Below, in pieces: positions 61,811 through 64,000 of a DNA stretch of 64,000 nucleotides. The notes under the pieces were generated by a model. It did no database searches and had not been told where the DNA came from. It saw nothing but the letters and a program-made list of their open reading frames with translations. Origin of the DNA: Eledone cirrhosa. Taxonomy: Eukaryota. The stretch spans positions 31,248,001 to 31,312,000 of the forward strand of contig OZ024747.1 in the NCBI GenBank assembly GCA_964016885.1, given 5' to 3'. Position 1 is the stretch's first letter. Every line of letters begins with the position of its first letter. The position numbers were made by a program, and so were the translations under genes.

Positions 61811-64000
61811 TACACATATACATACACATACATACACACATACATACATTTCTTTTTTAAAAGTTTAATGTTTCTAGTTTTCCTCTAGTAAAAGTTCATC
61901 GGCATTTAAATGATCGATTTGATATTGCAAACATCCTCCGAGGCATAGTTACTATTTCAGGACTCCCAAGATAAGGATTGTGTCAAAAGCTAAAACAATT
62001 CCCAAATATTTGGAAATACTTTCAAAGTGTTTATCGCTGTTCAGAATCTCTCAGGTTTGCTTTATATAGAGGGAGCTTTATTGAAACAAGAAATAATAAT
62101 AATCAGCTATTTCTCTGTGTGTTTTTATTGCTGTTAATATTGTTGTATTCATTGTCAGCACAATGAAAGCTTAGTCTGGAAAAATAATTGTGTTGTGAGA
62201 ATTAGAGGTCAGTGAATGTGTGTTGAGTGCAAAAATAGTGAGATGGTTAAGATGCTTCAGTGAACTTCCGTAAAGGTAATGATGAAGATTGTAGGATTTT
62301 CTGGGCTGTTAACAGACGTAGTACAGGTAATTAGGTATATTGTTAGCAGAGAACTATGTAATGATAAGCAATATACTACAAGCTGTGGTGAACAGCTAGG
62401 TAGGTATACAACAAGCTGTGATGTACAGATAGGTAGGTATAATGGAAACAGAAAACTGTAATGACAAGTAATCTACACAAGCTGTGACCTTTTGTTGTAT
62501 CCATATAGTAAGATTAACAAATGAGCAAAAGAATCACATTTAGTATGACATTAGAGATCAGTCATATCAGATGACTGTGTCTTGCTCATACAGAACTGTT
62601 TCTGGCTTGGTTTCTGTGGCTGGGTGCCCTTCCTAACACCAACCACATCTGCAGTGTGGACTGGGTGTTTTTAATTGTGGCACAAAAAAGACCAACTGAC
62701 AGGTTGGACTGGGTCATAACTATGTTGCAAAGCATGTTGTTTGAGACTCTACTGATACTGCCAATGATGATGAAGTTATATTAGTTTTGAGTTAGATGCT
62801 GTTCTCTGAAATGTAGGTGTGTTGTCGGTACATTGTACAGAAATATCCAAATATCCAAACTACTACGCCAGTAAGATAACAACGATTATATCAAACATCC
62901 AATGGAGGGGGATGGCATAAATTACAACAGAATTTCTTCAAGTCTATTTTATAATCCAATAATCCAGCTAGTATTTAATTTGTTGGAGCCTCAAATATAA
63001 AAAGGTTATAATGAAGGAGATATGATTTAGAATGGTTTCAGTAGATGCCAACAAAACATCAATTTAAGAAGAAAATAAGCTAAAATTAAATACCTAATTA
63101 GGAAAAAAATAAGTTCAATAATATATACTACAGATTTCTTTTTCTAAATTATTCATTCATAGTTATTACACCGTACATGAATAACACAAAACAAAACAAG
63201 CTATGAGTATGTTGCAGTAAAAATAAAAATTAAATTGAAATCAATTTTATTAATGGCTAAAAATATGTGAGTAAGAAAAATAACAAATAAATGAATAATG
63301 TTTTACACATTTATCTTTTGCTTTTTCTTGTTTTGTTTTTTTCTAATTCAGAAAAATACATCTCATGATCCTAATTAGATTTATGTTTAATGTTCAGTTA
63401 TATATATAAGAAATACCAAGGGTTGCAGCTAGGATGATGATAGCGATAATGATGATTATTAGAGTGATGTGGAAAAAGAGATAATGATTCTATCTCAACT
63501 ACAGTTATAGAAATCTAAAGTACACTTAGAATTATCATAATCATTATATAATTACTAGTGAAGCTGTGTTGTTAAAATTGATGACTGTTTTAATTATAAA
63601 GAATGGCTCACATGTTCAAAACAACAAGTAAAACCAGTTATAAATTTCTCACTTTCACATTTTGAGTTTAAAAGCAAAATAACACACTTTGAGCTTAACT
63701 AAAAGATAGACCAATAATTTAATTTCATAAGGAATGCTGGTCATTTAAAATGGTCAGTTACAACAGATGCTTGTATCAGCTTTTTACTTATAAGTATATT
63801 CTGCTGGTCCACTGAATTGTTTAACAATGGTTACAAAATTTCTTATTAAAAGTGATTATACTATATTTAGAAAAATATTACAACCAATATTATTTACAAA
63901 TCATTTTAAGGATTTACATATATTTATCATTATTCTGGAAATTGCTTTATCACAACATTCATAGTTAAGCTGAGGTCTACAAAGATTTCATTGTTTTTCA

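Noticed and set aside
62330-62490. Short ~33-bp tandem repeat (tacaagctgtg..taggtaggtat); also an 81-bp duplication at 55764-55920
   Set aside because: Ordinary low-copy local duplications with no further structure

Overview
Eukaryotic, AT-rich DNA packed with (TA)n/(CA)n microsatellites and almost entirely transposon-derived. The SINE types and repeat landscape suggest a cephalopod such as octopus (inference). No host gene can be called confidently; there are only a few candidate short exons. Contents: a decayed L1/Tx1-type LINE, two 5'-truncated RTE LINEs with an embedded PHD-like finger, a twin-primed RTE, a CR1-group LINE, a Tc1/mariner-type remnant, two tRNA-derived SINE families and at least seven Penelope-like element (PLE) copies, including an intact 902-aa RT+GIY-YIG ORF and an open but catalytically eroded 741-aa ORF. 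The main unannotated signal is about 22 hammerhead-ribozyme (HHR) motifs from about 8 sequence families, found by eye in PLE pseudo-LTRs (pLTRs) and ORF-less fold-back elements. They include variant cores conserved across copies (CAGAAGA, CCGAUGA) and a family with a ~100-nt stem II. There is also a 1.8-kb inverted duplication of flanking DNA joined to the 5' end of the intact PLE. Most short ORFs in the track are microsatellite artefacts. Element boundaries are approximate.
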